From contig CBDCMT010000001.1 of the NCBI GenBank assembly GCA_965219095.1, positions 2,144,001 to 2,208,000 of the forward strand: DNA of 64,000 nt, read 5' to 3'. Numbering within the stretch: position 1 is the stretch's first letter; each line of letters opens with the position of its first letter. The stretch comes from Bdellovibrionales bacterium. GTDB taxonomy: Bacteria > Bdellovibrionota > Bdellovibrionia > Bdellovibrionales > UBA1609. The notes under the pieces are model-generated. The model worked only from the letters and a program-made list of their open reading frames with translations. It did no database searches and had not been told where the DNA came from. Both the position numbers and the translations under genes were made by a program. Shown one piece after another: positions 53,793 to 63,223 of the stretch.

Positions 53793-55625
53793 TTAGTTTT
53801 GTAATATCTTATCAACAGTTTTTAAAAGTGCTTTCTTATAACTCCTAAAGTTATTTTGGTAATCATCTGGAGTCAAAGAATAACCCACATCAGGAGTCAC
53901 GCCTTTACTTTCTATAGGACTTCCATCTTTCCTGAAAGCAATTGAACCTGTAAAATGTAATTCCGTAATCCCCAGGTGACTTGAAACGTTTATTTTTCTA
54001 GCATAGCCACCAGCTCCGGCTGTTGTTTGACCAAAAATCGTAGCCCTCTTACCATCTTGTAAGATAGCAGGAAAAAAATCCCCCCCTGATATACTCAGTT
54101 CATCTACTAAAACAACAATAGGTTTTGAATAAGATACACCAGAAAAATGAGGAAAAATCACATCAGATAAAACAGAAATAGGTGTACTTAAAAAGGAATC
54201 TGTCTGAGAGTTTTCGTAAGAATCAATAACATCTCTTATGTCATTCTTCGTAATTCTTAAAAGCTCTTTTTTTGAGAGGAACCCGTAAATATAATCTCCC
54301 TGCAATCCTAGAGAATTAAACTGATCTTCAACCATTTTTTCTAATTCTCTTGAAGAAAGTTCCAGAACTCTCTTAGCCTCACTTACAAGCTCAACAGTCA
54401 ACACCTGACTATGTTTAGGAACAGCTATAGGCTCTGTAATGAGCATAGAAACTAGCTCATACAAGTAAGCTATATGTCCTCCCGGGTTATGAATTTGATC
54501 AATAATCAAGAGATCAGTCTGCTGGTCATAGACTCTTATGAGGTCAGAGAAAAAATCACTCATACTCCTAAACCCAAGCATCTCCTGAATATAATCTTTA
54601 ATACGAATGTAACCAATTTTTTTACCTTTGTGTTCAAAAATATAGTTAAAAAATGGAGAAGGTATACTTTGTACAACCTCTCCCATCTTTGGTAAAAAAC
54701 TTTGCATTGCTCCTATAGTATGTCTACTTATGTCTACACCCTTCTTTTGAGCAAGCTGACTGACTTGTTCATCTTGAGAAAAGAGCATGTTTTTTTCTAA
54801 AAGAGATGAAAGAAATCCATTTTCTTCTTCCATAAATTCCACTGAAATATTTAATTCAGAAGAGAAAAAAGAAAGAACTTCTAAGGAATCTAGGCTGTTC
54901 TCCCTTCTAAAACGTTCCCTTATAGGAGACCAACTGACATGATCAGGTTCATAATTCCAAACCATACTTATATTCTGAACATTTTTTGCTGCTTTTTTCT
55001 TTACGCCTATAACAACCTTTCCTTTAGAAACATCATATCCAAAACTAGCAAGCCTTATTGTCAAATGCTGAGTTGTACGTATTTTCTCTGTAAGGGATTT
55101 TGTGTTGCCTGAGTGTTTACGAATAAGATCTTCCACTACTTTATGAACACTTCTACCACCAAAAGTTATAATCTCATCCCCCACTTCTAAAGGCAGATTG
55201 AGACCTTCCTGTACTCCCACCACAAAGTATCTATTTCCTGCAGGCTTTAGAAGAAAAGGTAAAGTGGCTTTTTCTTGAGTAAAAATAGTTAAACTCACAT
55301 GGTAATCATGAGTTTTCCTCAATGAATTAAGCAAAAGCTTATGAAATTGTTTTATAGTGATATTGTGATTGTCTTGAATGGCCTTTATGATGGCCTCCCT
55401 TTCTTCTTTAGCAGACCATCTTACATCTTGAAATTCTTCTTTCCACTCTCTAGGAGCGTAGGCCACACTCATAGTACGAAAAATAGCCCGAGTTGTATCG
55501 ATCATCTCCCTCTGAAGTGCTGTTTCTGCCCATAATGGCAAGACAGCTAAATGAGTTGTAACAACTGATACAAAACAAGCAATTTTTCCTATAATATTTT
55601 TTTGCTGTCTTTGTGTCTGTACCAT
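53793..55625 (-). CDS. CPAF-like S41 serine protease with PDZ domain
   Basis: YAPREWKE, HDYHV, IGYIRI, DQIHNPGG, ISGGDFFPAILQD, TAGAGG, PIESKGVTPD; signal-peptide-like N-terminus. Confidence 0.85.
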   Translation of the reverse strand: MVQTQRQQKNIIGKIACFVSVVTTHLAVLPLWAETALQREMIDTTRAIFRTMSVAYAPREWKEEFQDVRWSAKEEREAIIKAIQDNHNITIKQFHKLLLNSLRKTHDYHVSLTIFTQEKATLPFLLKPAGNRYFVVGVQEGLNLPLEVGDEIITFGGRSVHKVVEDLIRKHSGNTKSLTEKIRTTQHLTIRLASFGYDVSKGKVVIGVKKKAAKNVQNISMVWNYEPDHVSWSPIRERFRRENSLDSLEVLSFFSSELNISVEFMEEENGFLSSLLEKNMLFSQDEQVSQLAQKKGVDISRHTIGAMQSFLPKMGEVVQSIPSPFFNYIFEHKGKKIGYIRIKDYIQEMLGFRSMSDFFSDLIRVYDQQTDLLIIDQIHNPGGHIAYLYELVSMLITEPIAVPKHSQVLTVELVSEAKRVLELSSRELEKMVEDQFNSLGLQGDYIYGFLSKKELLRITKNDIRDVIDSYENSQTDSFLSTPISVLSDVIFPHFSGVSYSKPIVVLVDELSISGGDFFPAILQDGKRATIFGQTTAGAGGYARKINVSSHLGITELHFTGSIAFRKDGSPIESKGVTPDVGYSLTPDDYQNNFRSYKKALLKTVDKILQN

Positions 55626-55939
55626 TATCTCCCCTTATCTAATCGTGAACACAAAGCTACTTGTAAAAATTTCAAAGAGCAAATAAAGGAATGAACTGTG
55701 CATTAGCCTTATGTGAGTCATAAAGCTAACTTTTGTTGCGTAACTATAGTTACTTCTTATCCAAAATTATCCAAAATGCCTCTGGTGATTTGAAGAAAAA
55801 GACGCATATAGACATCTTTACCTTGAAGATTTACAGACTCTAAAAATGAATTATTTTAAGGTAATACCATTTCCAAAAATTAATGTGTGAATTTCGAAAT
55901 ATGTTAGCACATTTTGACAGTAAGAGTTAGAATGAAACC

Positions 55940-56030
55940 GGAGAGGTGGCAGAGTGGTTGAATGCACCGGTCTTGAAAACCGGCAAGCCTTTACAAGGCT
56001 TCGGGGGTTCAAATCCCTCCCTCTCCGCCA
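55940..56030 (+). tRNA. tRNA-Ser(TGA)
   Basis: GGAGAGG/CCTCTCC acceptor stem, G discriminator + CCA, anticodon arm CCGGT-CTTGAAA-ACCGG, long variable arm, GGTTCAAATCC T-loop. Confidence 0.97.
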
Positions 56031-56347
56031 CTGAGAACAGTATCCGAACCCCCGATACGCTTACTACTCCCTATGTCTTTTTCTTCATCTTCTATCCCCA
56101 AGTACTCAACTACTACCCTATTTTTATAAACCACAATCCTTTTTATAAGCTCATAAAGAAGACGTTTCTTTTGTCTTAGTTCAAGTTTAGGAAATTGCTT
56201 GTTAACAATTTGCAGAGCCGAAAAAGCACTTTCAGCTGAGATCACTTTTCTCCCTATATTCTGTTTTTTTTCCTTTAGCCTTTCTACCTCTTGTTCAAGT
56301 TTGTCTTTTTTTATGCTCAGCGATTCAATTTTCTCCATTAAGTACAC
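56009..56347 (-). pseudogene. C-terminal remnant of a probable large serine recombinase overlapping the tRNA 3' end
   Basis: Coiled coil then QKKRLLYELIKRIVV; ends GGEGGI* antisense to the tRNA; no catalytic domain present. Confidence 0.6.
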
Positions 56348-56466
56348 TTTGAACCTTCCCTTTGTCTGTCTTAGAAAGGGTGGTCGTTAAAATATCTATT
56401 CCTTTTTTAACACCTTTTAAAGTCTCTAGATGAGAGAAAATAAGGCTTTTGTAGTGTTCTTTTTTT

Positions 56467-56757
56467 GTAACTGCTCACCTACATTGTTCAGTTAGGAGGT
56501 TTTAAAAAAACTTCTTTTGAGGGGAGGTTTAAGTTTTCATAGACGTTTCTTGAATCGATTTTCCTTCTTGCATATAGTGCAAAGCCAATAGTTTTATCTT
56601 GATGTTGGCACTTCTTTCTACTTTGTAAGTAGAGAAAATCATACCCTTGAAGCTTTGTAACTAAATCTTTAAACACTCTAAAAATTTAACAGAGTTTGAT
56701 TAAAAAGCCAGGACGCTATGCGTTAAAAGAATGTCGAATTAATTTTTGGAAATGGTA
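56467..56757. mobile_element. IS66-B left end fused to an IS630-A MITE-like derivative
   Basis: GTAACTGCTCACCTACATTG-TTCAGTTA-GGAGG junction; ends GGAAATGGTA|TTA. Confidence 0.82.
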
Positions 56758-56861
56758 TTAGTAAGGCAAGGCGGGAATTTTTTTGCAAAGCATTGTATGC
56801 TTTCTTTTTCTTGCCTCATTATACTTTTTCTGTTAAAATTGTAGGCTGAAGGAGGGTTTTT

Positions 56862-57053
56862 ATGTACCCATCGTTTTGGCAAATTTTTATTGTTCTTTTA
56901 ATTGTACTGATTCTCTTCGGCCCTAAAAGGATTCCTAGTATGGGACGCTCCTTAGGTGAGGCCTTGCGTGGTTTCAAAAAAGCTCTTCATGATGATAAAG
57001 ACAGTGATAAGTCTAAAGAAACTCTTGTTTCTAAAAACTCATCTGAAAACTAA
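56862..57053 (+). CDS. tatA: Twin-arginine translocase TatA/TatE subunit
   Basis: LILFGPKRIPSMGRSLGEALRGFKK; GGAGG RBS; TTGCCT-N17-TAAAAT upstream. Confidence 0.93.
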   Translation: MYPSFWQIFIVLLIVLILFGPKRIPSMGRSLGEALRGFKKALHDDKDSDKSKETLVSKNSSEN

Positions 57054-58339
57054 GCTGTACCAATAAGGTCTTCTAAATCTCTGATCTCCTTAGGAGCCTT
57101 ACAGGTTAAATTCTCACCTCCCGTAGATGTGACAAGAAGGTCATCTTCAATACGAAGGCCAAAGCCTCGTAGCTCTTGAGGGACCTTTTCATCGGTTAGG
57201 CTGATATAAAGTCCTGGTTCAACAGTAAAAACCATAGAAGCTTTAAAAGGACGGCTTTCTCCCTTTAAAGCTATAGAGCCTATATCATGAACATCAGAAC
57301 CTAGCCAATGCCCCAAGCCATGAGGGAAGTATTTTAAATAAAGCTTCTCTTCTATAATAACCTCTAATGGCTCATTAACTATATGAAAGGCTTTTAAGAT
57401 CCCAGAGATCTTTTCAACAGTTTTTTTATGTAAAAATTCAAAGCTCTCACCTGGTTTAATTAAAGAAATAATGTTTTTCTGAACTTCTAATAAAGCACTA
57501 TAAATTTCTTTTCTTAAACCTGTAAATTTTCCCTTCACAGGATAGCTACGAGTGACATCAGCTGTATAATAATTATACTCTCCTCCAGCATCTACTAAGA
57601 GCCAATCCTCTTTTTTTAAAACATCTTTGTTTTTTGTATAATGTAAACAGATAGCATTTGCTCCGGAAGCTATAATGCTACTATAACCTTCTCTATCAGA
57701 ACCTTTTTCCATGATAGATTGTAAAAAAATTCCATGTAGAGCTCTCTCAGAGAGGCCTTCCCTAGTGTGAGCCATCACTTGCTTGTGAGCGTAAGATGTG
57801 ATCTCACAAGCTTGTTTTAAAATCTTAATTTCATCTTCTGATTTGAAAAGACGCATTTCTCCTAAAAGAACTTCCGGGTCACAGACAGTTGGAAGAGAAC
57901 TCCCCTTTCTCCCTATAGCTTGTTTTAATTTTTTAAGAAGCTGTAAAAAGATCACATCAAAGGACTCATTATTATGAAAACTATAGTAAAGGGCCTGACA
58001 ACCTTTTAACAATTCCACCCCTTTTGTTAAAAACTCATGATTATGAAAACAATCATCAAATCCAAAGTGGGATTTAGCAGACTCTTTTCCCCACAACCTT
58101 CCCTCCCAAAGCTCTTTTACAGGATTTTTAGGTTCTACAAACATGTAACTTTTTTGGTTTACCATAAGAAAAACGCATCCCGGCTCTTCAAAACCTGTAA
58201 AATAAAAGACATGAGAATCCTGACGATACGGATGAGTCACATCACGGTTACGAAAAAACACAGGACGAGAGGGCAAAATAATGGCTTCATCACTTAATAG
58301 GCGGGCTAACTTCTTTCGTCTTAACTTACATTCACTCAT
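57050..58339 (-). CDS. pepP: Xaa-Pro aminopeptidase
   Basis: YRQDS, LHY, DAG, DVTR, HGLGHWLGSDVHD, TVEPGLY, RIEDD. Confidence 0.93.
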   Translation of the reverse strand: MSECKLRRKKLARLLSDEAIILPSRPVFFRNRDVTHPYRQDSHVFYFTGFEEPGCVFLMVNQKSYMFVEPKNPVKELWEGRLWGKESAKSHFGFDDCFHNHEFLTKGVELLKGCQALYYSFHNNESFDVIFLQLLKKLKQAIGRKGSSLPTVCDPEVLLGEMRLFKSEDEIKILKQACEITSYAHKQVMAHTREGLSERALHGIFLQSIMEKGSDREGYSSIIASGANAICLHYTKNKDVLKKEDWLLVDAGGEYNYYTADVTRSYPVKGKFTGLRKEIYSALLEVQKNIISLIKPGESFEFLHKKTVEKISGILKAFHIVNEPLEVIIEEKLYLKYFPHGLGHWLGSDVHDIGSIALKGESRPFKASMVFTVEPGLYISLTDEKVPQELRGFGLRIEDDLLVTSTGGENLTCKAPKEIRDLEDLIGTA

Positions 58340-58351
58340 AAGAAAATATTA

Positions 58352-59212
58352 CTAAAAACCGTAATCATTCTCAAGAACTTTTAGTATCTTTTTTGACTGC
58401 TCAAAGCCCTCTAAGAAGAGATTGTTTTTAGATAACTTTGAGGAAACCTTTAAATTTAACACCTCAAAGTTTCTTTGATTTTTATTGTTTTGTATAAACT
58501 TGTAAATTTTATTTTTTAGCGAAGCATAAAGAACTAGAGCGGCATAATCATCTTTAAAGCTAAAGTCTTTGTAGTTGGTTTGGATCAAAGCTTCTACAAA
58601 AATCACTAAATCCACCTTTTGTCTTAAATATTCATAAGATTCTTCAAAAGAGAAGGATGAAGAAACCCAAGAGGTTTGATGAGGTTCAAGCCAAGGAGGA
58701 TAAGCTAAACATTTGGTTAAGACATTCATAGTTGTTCCTGAAGACTGCCAAAAAACCCTTCCCGTAGCTAAGGAGAGGCTAGGGCAAAAAAACTTTACTT
58801 CCAACTCTTCCATACGTATTCTTTTAAATTTCTCAGACAAAAAAGAGTTCAAAAATTCATACACAGACAAAGTAGAACGCCATAAGCTCTTTTTTTCAAA
58901 AGGAAGTGGCCTTTTAGACAAGGCCCACTGAGCTCCATGACTGGAATTTTCTAAAGAGTAAAGAACTCCTATGAAAGCTCCCCACTCTAAACCCACTATG
59001 GCATAGGGTTTGATTCTTTTTTGTTCTAAAGCTTGTAAGACTCCTAAATAAGAAAGAGAAGCTTTATCTGAGGGAGCTAAAAGAAGACCTATTTTGAGAT
59101 CTCCTTTCCCTTGTGTAGCCACAAAGGTATTTGATTTTCCTGTTTTCAATGTTGTACAACCTAAAAAAAAGACAGAGCTTAGAGCAAAAAAAACTTTTCT
59201 CAAAAATCTCAT
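58352..59212 (-). CDS. Patatin-like lipoprotein with degenerate active site
   Basis: Lipobox FFLGC; GLLL..LGVLQALEQ..IVGLEWGAFIG pattern. Confidence 0.65.
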   Translation of the reverse strand: MRFLRKVFFALSSVFFLGCTTLKTGKSNTFVATQGKGDLKIGLLLAPSDKASLSYLGVLQALEQKRIKPYAIVGLEWGAFIGVLYSLENSSHGAQWALSKRPLPFEKKSLWRSTLSVYEFLNSFLSEKFKRIRMEELEVKFFCPSLSLATGRVFWQSSGTTMNVLTKCLAYPPWLEPHQTSWVSSSFSFEESYEYLRQKVDLVIFVEALIQTNYKDFSFKDDYAALVLYASLKNKIYKFIQNNKNQRNFEVLNLKVSSKLSKNNLFLEGFEQSKKILKVLENDYGF

Positions 59213-59261
59213 ACTAATTTTATACAAATAAAAACACAAAAAAGCAAAACACAAAATCTTT

Positions 59262-59993
59262 CTACACAAAACGAGCATAGATAAAGTACTCTTGATTGCC
59301 TTTAAAGCCTTTTGTTTTTGAAGGTCTAGTGCTAAGATGTTTGAAGCCTAATGCTCTCAGTGAAAAGAGAGCTTGATTTAATGTTTCTTCTACAATCTTT
59401 TTAGCATGGCTTTTTACAATCCCTTTTTTGTTCAAATGAATAGGATCTATTTCAAACTGAGGTTTAAACAGATTTAAAAATTGTGTTTTGTCTCTCATAA
59501 ACTTCATAAGGGAGGGGTAAACAGACAAAGATGATAGAAAAGAAACATCCATAACAATGAGATCAAACTCCCCTATCGAGACTTTCAAATCTCTTATATC
59601 TTGTCTTTCCCAGCACTTAAGCCTAGAATGAGACCTTAAACTTTTATGCAATTGCCTGCTACCTACATCAACACCCACAACATCTGAAGCTCCTTTTTTT
59701 AAAAGACATTCAGAAAAACCCCCTGTAGACACACCTACATCTAAACACCTTAGCCCTTGAACCACAATATGAAATTCTTCTAAAGCTTTTTGTAATTTCA
59801 AGCCTCCCCTTGAAACATAGGGAAACCTATAACTACACTCCACACGCATCCTTTTTTCTACCTTATAGCTTTTTTGAGATATCACAACACCATCAACAAA
59901 TACCACTTTTGATGCGATAAGCTCACAAGCTTTATGGCGAGAGGGAGCAATTTTTTTTTCAACCAAATATTGATCAAGTCTTAAAGAGTTCAT
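59262..59993 (-). CDS. tlyA: TlyA rRNA 2'-O-methyltransferase
   Basis: RLDQYLV S4 domain, YVSRGGLKL, DVGVSTGGF, MDVSFLS, KPQFE, GNQEY. Confidence 0.93.
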   Translation of the reverse strand: MNSLRLDQYLVEKKIAPSRHKACELIASKVVFVDGVVISQKSYKVEKRMRVECSYRFPYVSRGGLKLQKALEEFHIVVQGLRCLDVGVSTGGFSECLLKKGASDVVGVDVGSRQLHKSLRSHSRLKCWERQDIRDLKVSIGEFDLIVMDVSFLSSLSVYPSLMKFMRDKTQFLNLFKPQFEIDPIHLNKKGIVKSHAKKIVEETLNQALFSLRALGFKHLSTRPSKTKGFKGNQEYFIYARFV

Positions 59994-60853
59994 GAGTTTC
60001 TTTTTTTGTTCCAAGTTACAAAATGGCTTAACATTTGAAAGCGATCTATAGTCCTAAGTTCATCTTCACATAAAGTATGAAATTGATCCAAAGCCTTAAA
60101 GGCTTGAGCTTCTCCTAAAAAAGAAACCACATTGTTGTTTCCATCATAATCTCTATCTAAAAGATCATCTTTCATTTGAAAACAAAGACCTAAGCGTTCA
60201 CCAAAAGCTTTCAAACACTTTCTTTCTTCTTTGGTTGCTCTACATAAAACACCAGCTCCTTCTAAAGAAAGAGAGATAAAGAGGCCTGTTTTTAAATAAT
60301 GAAGCTTTTTGAACTGCTCAAAAGAGGAGGGTCTATTTTTCAAGTAGGCCAAATCCATCACCTGTCCGCTCATCATACCTTTAAAACTGCCGGCTTTACT
60401 TAAAAGACGAATGGTTTCTAAAGATTCTTGGGGCCTGTCCCTATAACCTGCTACAAGATTAAAGCTTTCAATCAAAAGACTGTTGCTTACAAGAAGGGAT
60501 ATAGCCTCCCCATACACCTTGTGATGTGCTACTTTGCCTCGACGATAAAAGCTATCATCCATACAAGGAAGGTCATCCTCAATGAGGGAGCAAACATGGG
60601 AGCACTCTAAGGCTAGGGCGTATCTTAAAAGGTAGCGAGGTGATATTTTAAATACCTCTCCTACACATAAAGCTAGGAGGGGACGAAATCTTTTCCCTCG
60701 GGCCTTTAAAGAATAAAGTGCTGAATCATAAAGCTTCACTGAACAAGACTCACTTAAGCTTGATTGCTTTTCATTTAAAAAGTAAAAATCTAAGTATTCA
60801 TTAAAAACAAGACTTTTATGAGAAAGAAATTTTTCAAACTCTAAAAAATTCAT
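59990..60853 (-). CDS. ispA: Polyprenyl diphosphate synthase (FPP/GGPP synthase)
   Basis: GKRFRP, DDLPCMDD..RRG, GQVMD, KTG, FQMKDDLLD. Confidence 0.9.
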   Translation of the reverse strand: MNFLEFEKFLSHKSLVFNEYLDFYFLNEKQSSLSESCSVKLYDSALYSLKARGKRFRPLLALCVGEVFKISPRYLLRYALALECSHVCSLIEDDLPCMDDSFYRRGKVAHHKVYGEAISLLVSNSLLIESFNLVAGYRDRPQESLETIRLLSKAGSFKGMMSGQVMDLAYLKNRPSSFEQFKKLHYLKTGLFISLSLEGAGVLCRATKEERKCLKAFGERLGLCFQMKDDLLDRDYDGNNNVVSFLGEAQAFKALDQFHTLCEDELRTIDRFQMLSHFVTWNKKRNS

Positions 60854-60856
60854 CTT

Positions 60857-61075
60857 TTAAGATGTCTCAAATGATTTCGTTTGACTCTCTCCTTTCTCAT
60901 TTATACTTAACAACTCCTTGACCCTAAGGCTTGCTTTTTCTAACTGTGCTTGACACTGTCTAGAGAGTTTGATTCCCTCTTCAAAAGACTTAAGGGATTC
61001 CTCAAGGTTTAAGTTGCCTTCTTCCATGTTTTTTACAATCTTTTCTAATTCTGAAAGTTTTTTTTCAAAATCCAT
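60857..61075 (-). CDS. xseB: Exodeoxyribonuclease VII small subunit
   Basis: FEKKLSELEKIV..LEESLKSFEEGIKL. Confidence 0.95.
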   Translation of the reverse strand: MDFEKKLSELEKIVKNMEEGNLNLEESLKSFEEGIKLSRQCQAQLEKASLRVKELLSINEKGESQTKSFETS

Positions 61076-62531
61076 AGCTATCTCCTTTTTTATAAAATTT
61101 ATTCTTCTTATTAATGGAATTCACAACAGAACTCACTTGTCCTTTATCAAACTGAATCTCTAAAACATCACCTTTTTTTAGTTGATTTACGTTTTTTACA
61201 ATTTCATTTCCCTTGTAGCTCAAGCTATAACCACGACCTAAAACATTCAAAGGACTTAAATTATCTAAAGCTTTATAATAATTTCTTATTTTGAGTTGTT
61301 TTTCTGAAAGAGAAAACAAAAACATGTTTTTAAGAAGATCCTCTAAGCTTTGTCTTTTTTGCTCCTTTTGTTCTATTCTTTCTTGAGGGTTGATCAAACT
61401 GAGGCTTAAAGTTTTTCTCAATTCCTCTTTATGTTTAAAAAGAAGGTTTTGAGCACGATTCAAACGTAAAACAAATTCATCACAGGCCATCATTTTATCT
61501 TCAATCACTTTGCTAGGATCAGAGAGCTTTTGAGAAAAAAAAGAGAGTTTATCTTGCAAAGAGGATATTTTTTCAGAAAATCGCTTTACAACTTGACTAT
61601 GAAGGGAGATGACTTTTTGCAAAAGCTCATGTCTATCTCTAACAGCTAACTCTGCGGCCACTGAAGGCGTAGAAGCTCTCAAGTCTGCAACAAAATCACA
61701 GATGGTGTAATCAATCTCATGACCTACAGCTGAGATCGTTGGTGTAGAACAAGCCAAGAAAGCTCTCACTACAGACTCCTCATTAAAAGCCCATAAATCT
61801 TCTATAGAACCTCCTCCGCGACCACAAATGATGAGATCAGATCTTAAACTATCAGCTAAAGCTAAAGCTTTGATTAAACTTTCCTGAGCACCTTCTCCTT
61901 GAACCAAAGCAGGGACTAAAGTGACTTTCAAGCTATAAGACCTTCTTTTTAAAATGTTTAACATATCCCTTATAGCAGCTCCTGTAGGAGAGGTGACAAT
62001 TGCAATATGTTGAGGATAAAGGGGTAAGGGTTTTTTAAGACTCTTTGCAAAAAGGCCTTCTTTGTAAAGGGTCTCTTTTAGTTGTTCAAAAGCCAATCTT
62101 AAGGCCCCTTCTCCGAGAGGCTCCATAGAATGGCAGATCAATTGATAGTTGCCTCGTGGTTCATACACACTGATCCTAGCTTTTACTAAAACCTCCAAAC
62201 CATCTTTTGGTTTAAACTTTAAACGAGAGTTTGAAGAACGAAACATAAGGGCTTGAATTTGAGAACTTTCATCCTTAAGACGAAAGTAAAAATGGCCTGA
62301 AGTATGAGAGCAAAAATTTGAGATCTCCCCTTTTACATAAACATCTTGAAACTGATCCTCTATACAACCTTTGATAAGAGCATTTAAGCCTGAGACAGAA
62401 TAAGCTTTTTTGTCCTCTCCTTTAGAGATATCAGTGCTATCTAAAAAATCCTTAGAGCTTTCACTCTTAGAATCTAAAGTAGAACCTAAAGACAGATCTT
62501 TTGTAGGAGAAGAAAGAAACCTCTTTTTCAC
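61065..62531 (-). CDS. xseA: Exodeoxyribonuclease VII large subunit
   Basis: GEISN, SGHFYF, TSPTGAAIRD, RGGGSIEDLWAFNEE, SAVGHE, LSPLNVLGRGY. Confidence 0.96.
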   Translation of the reverse strand: MKKRFLSSPTKDLSLGSTLDSKSESSKDFLDSTDISKGEDKKAYSVSGLNALIKGCIEDQFQDVYVKGEISNFCSHTSGHFYFRLKDESSQIQALMFRSSNSRLKFKPKDGLEVLVKARISVYEPRGNYQLICHSMEPLGEGALRLAFEQLKETLYKEGLFAKSLKKPLPLYPQHIAIVTSPTGAAIRDMLNILKRRSYSLKVTLVPALVQGEGAQESLIKALALADSLRSDLIICGRGGGSIEDLWAFNEESVVRAFLACSTPTISAVGHEIDYTICDFVADLRASTPSVAAELAVRDRHELLQKVISLHSQVVKRFSEKISSLQDKLSFFSQKLSDPSKVIEDKMMACDEFVLRLNRAQNLLFKHKEELRKTLSLSLINPQERIEQKEQKRQSLEDLLKNMFLFSLSEKQLKIRNYYKALDNLSPLNVLGRGYSLSYKGNEIVKNVNQLKKGDVLEIQFDKGQVSSVVNSINKKNKFYKKGDSYGF

Positions 62532-62537
62532 TCTCTT

Positions 62538-62567
62538 ACTCTAGCCCTTAGACCTGCTTTATGTCAA
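62538..62567 (-). promoter_or_regulatory. Putative sigma70 promoter of the xseA operon
   Basis: TTGACA-N18-TAGAGT, 6 nt before the GTG. Confidence 0.5.
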
Positions 62568-62922
62568 TTGAGGTTCTTTCATTTTCTCATTTCGCTGTTT
62601 TCTTCTAAGTTAAGATTAGAAAACTTAATCTAGATGCCTAGTGTCACTCATCTTAATGCAATAATGAAACCTGAGTTTTTTGTTTTTGATTCAAAAAAAC
62701 ACTTTTTAAAACTTACACGTCTCTTTACAAACATAATAGCAAATGATAACATAAAAGTAAGCTTTTTTAAACCCTTTTTTTAAAAAATTATAACCTTAGA
62801 GTTTAAAGAAGTATTAAAAAAAGTTTAAAGACTTTTTTCTTTTAAAAAAATTAAGATATTTTAGTCTTTTTTTGAGAACCCGGCTTTTATTTTTTTCTAT
62901 GAAATGATATATTATTTATGTA

Positions 62923-63080
62923 GGCTTGGTATTGCAAAGAGAATGTAAACCCTACAAGATATAGAAATGGAGATGCCTCTGATAACGGTGTGCAAGTTCA
63001 TTGAATTGAAAAGCCTAAAGTTATTACTGTAATCACCGACTTTAAAGAACCATGGTTTACATGATCGTCAATACCAAGTC
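62923..63080. mobile_element. Possible MITE/IS remnant
   Basis: Imperfect inverted ends GGCTTGGTATTG / CAATACCAAGTC; no direct repeat seen. Confidence 0.35.
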
Positions 63081-63223
63081 TTTTTTTTTTATTTTTTGAC
63101 TTAACTCCTCACTTTTTTTTACTTAAGTTTTTATAATTTTATTCCGATACATAAAACAAGAGGGTATTTAAACTTTCTATGTTTCATTATGAGACAAGGA
63201 AAACTTAGACGAAAAAGAAAGTT

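Noticed and set aside
55946..56179. 77-aa [16 protein letters not shown]
   Set aside because: It is a translation of the tRNA-Ser sequence
1325..61163. Short antisense or overlapping ORFs (e.g. 1325-1519, 4795-4995, 16662-16856, 25218-25556, 33126-33338, 54474-54695, 58037-58297, 60969-61163)
   Set aside because: They shadow well-supported genes and show no recognisable motifs
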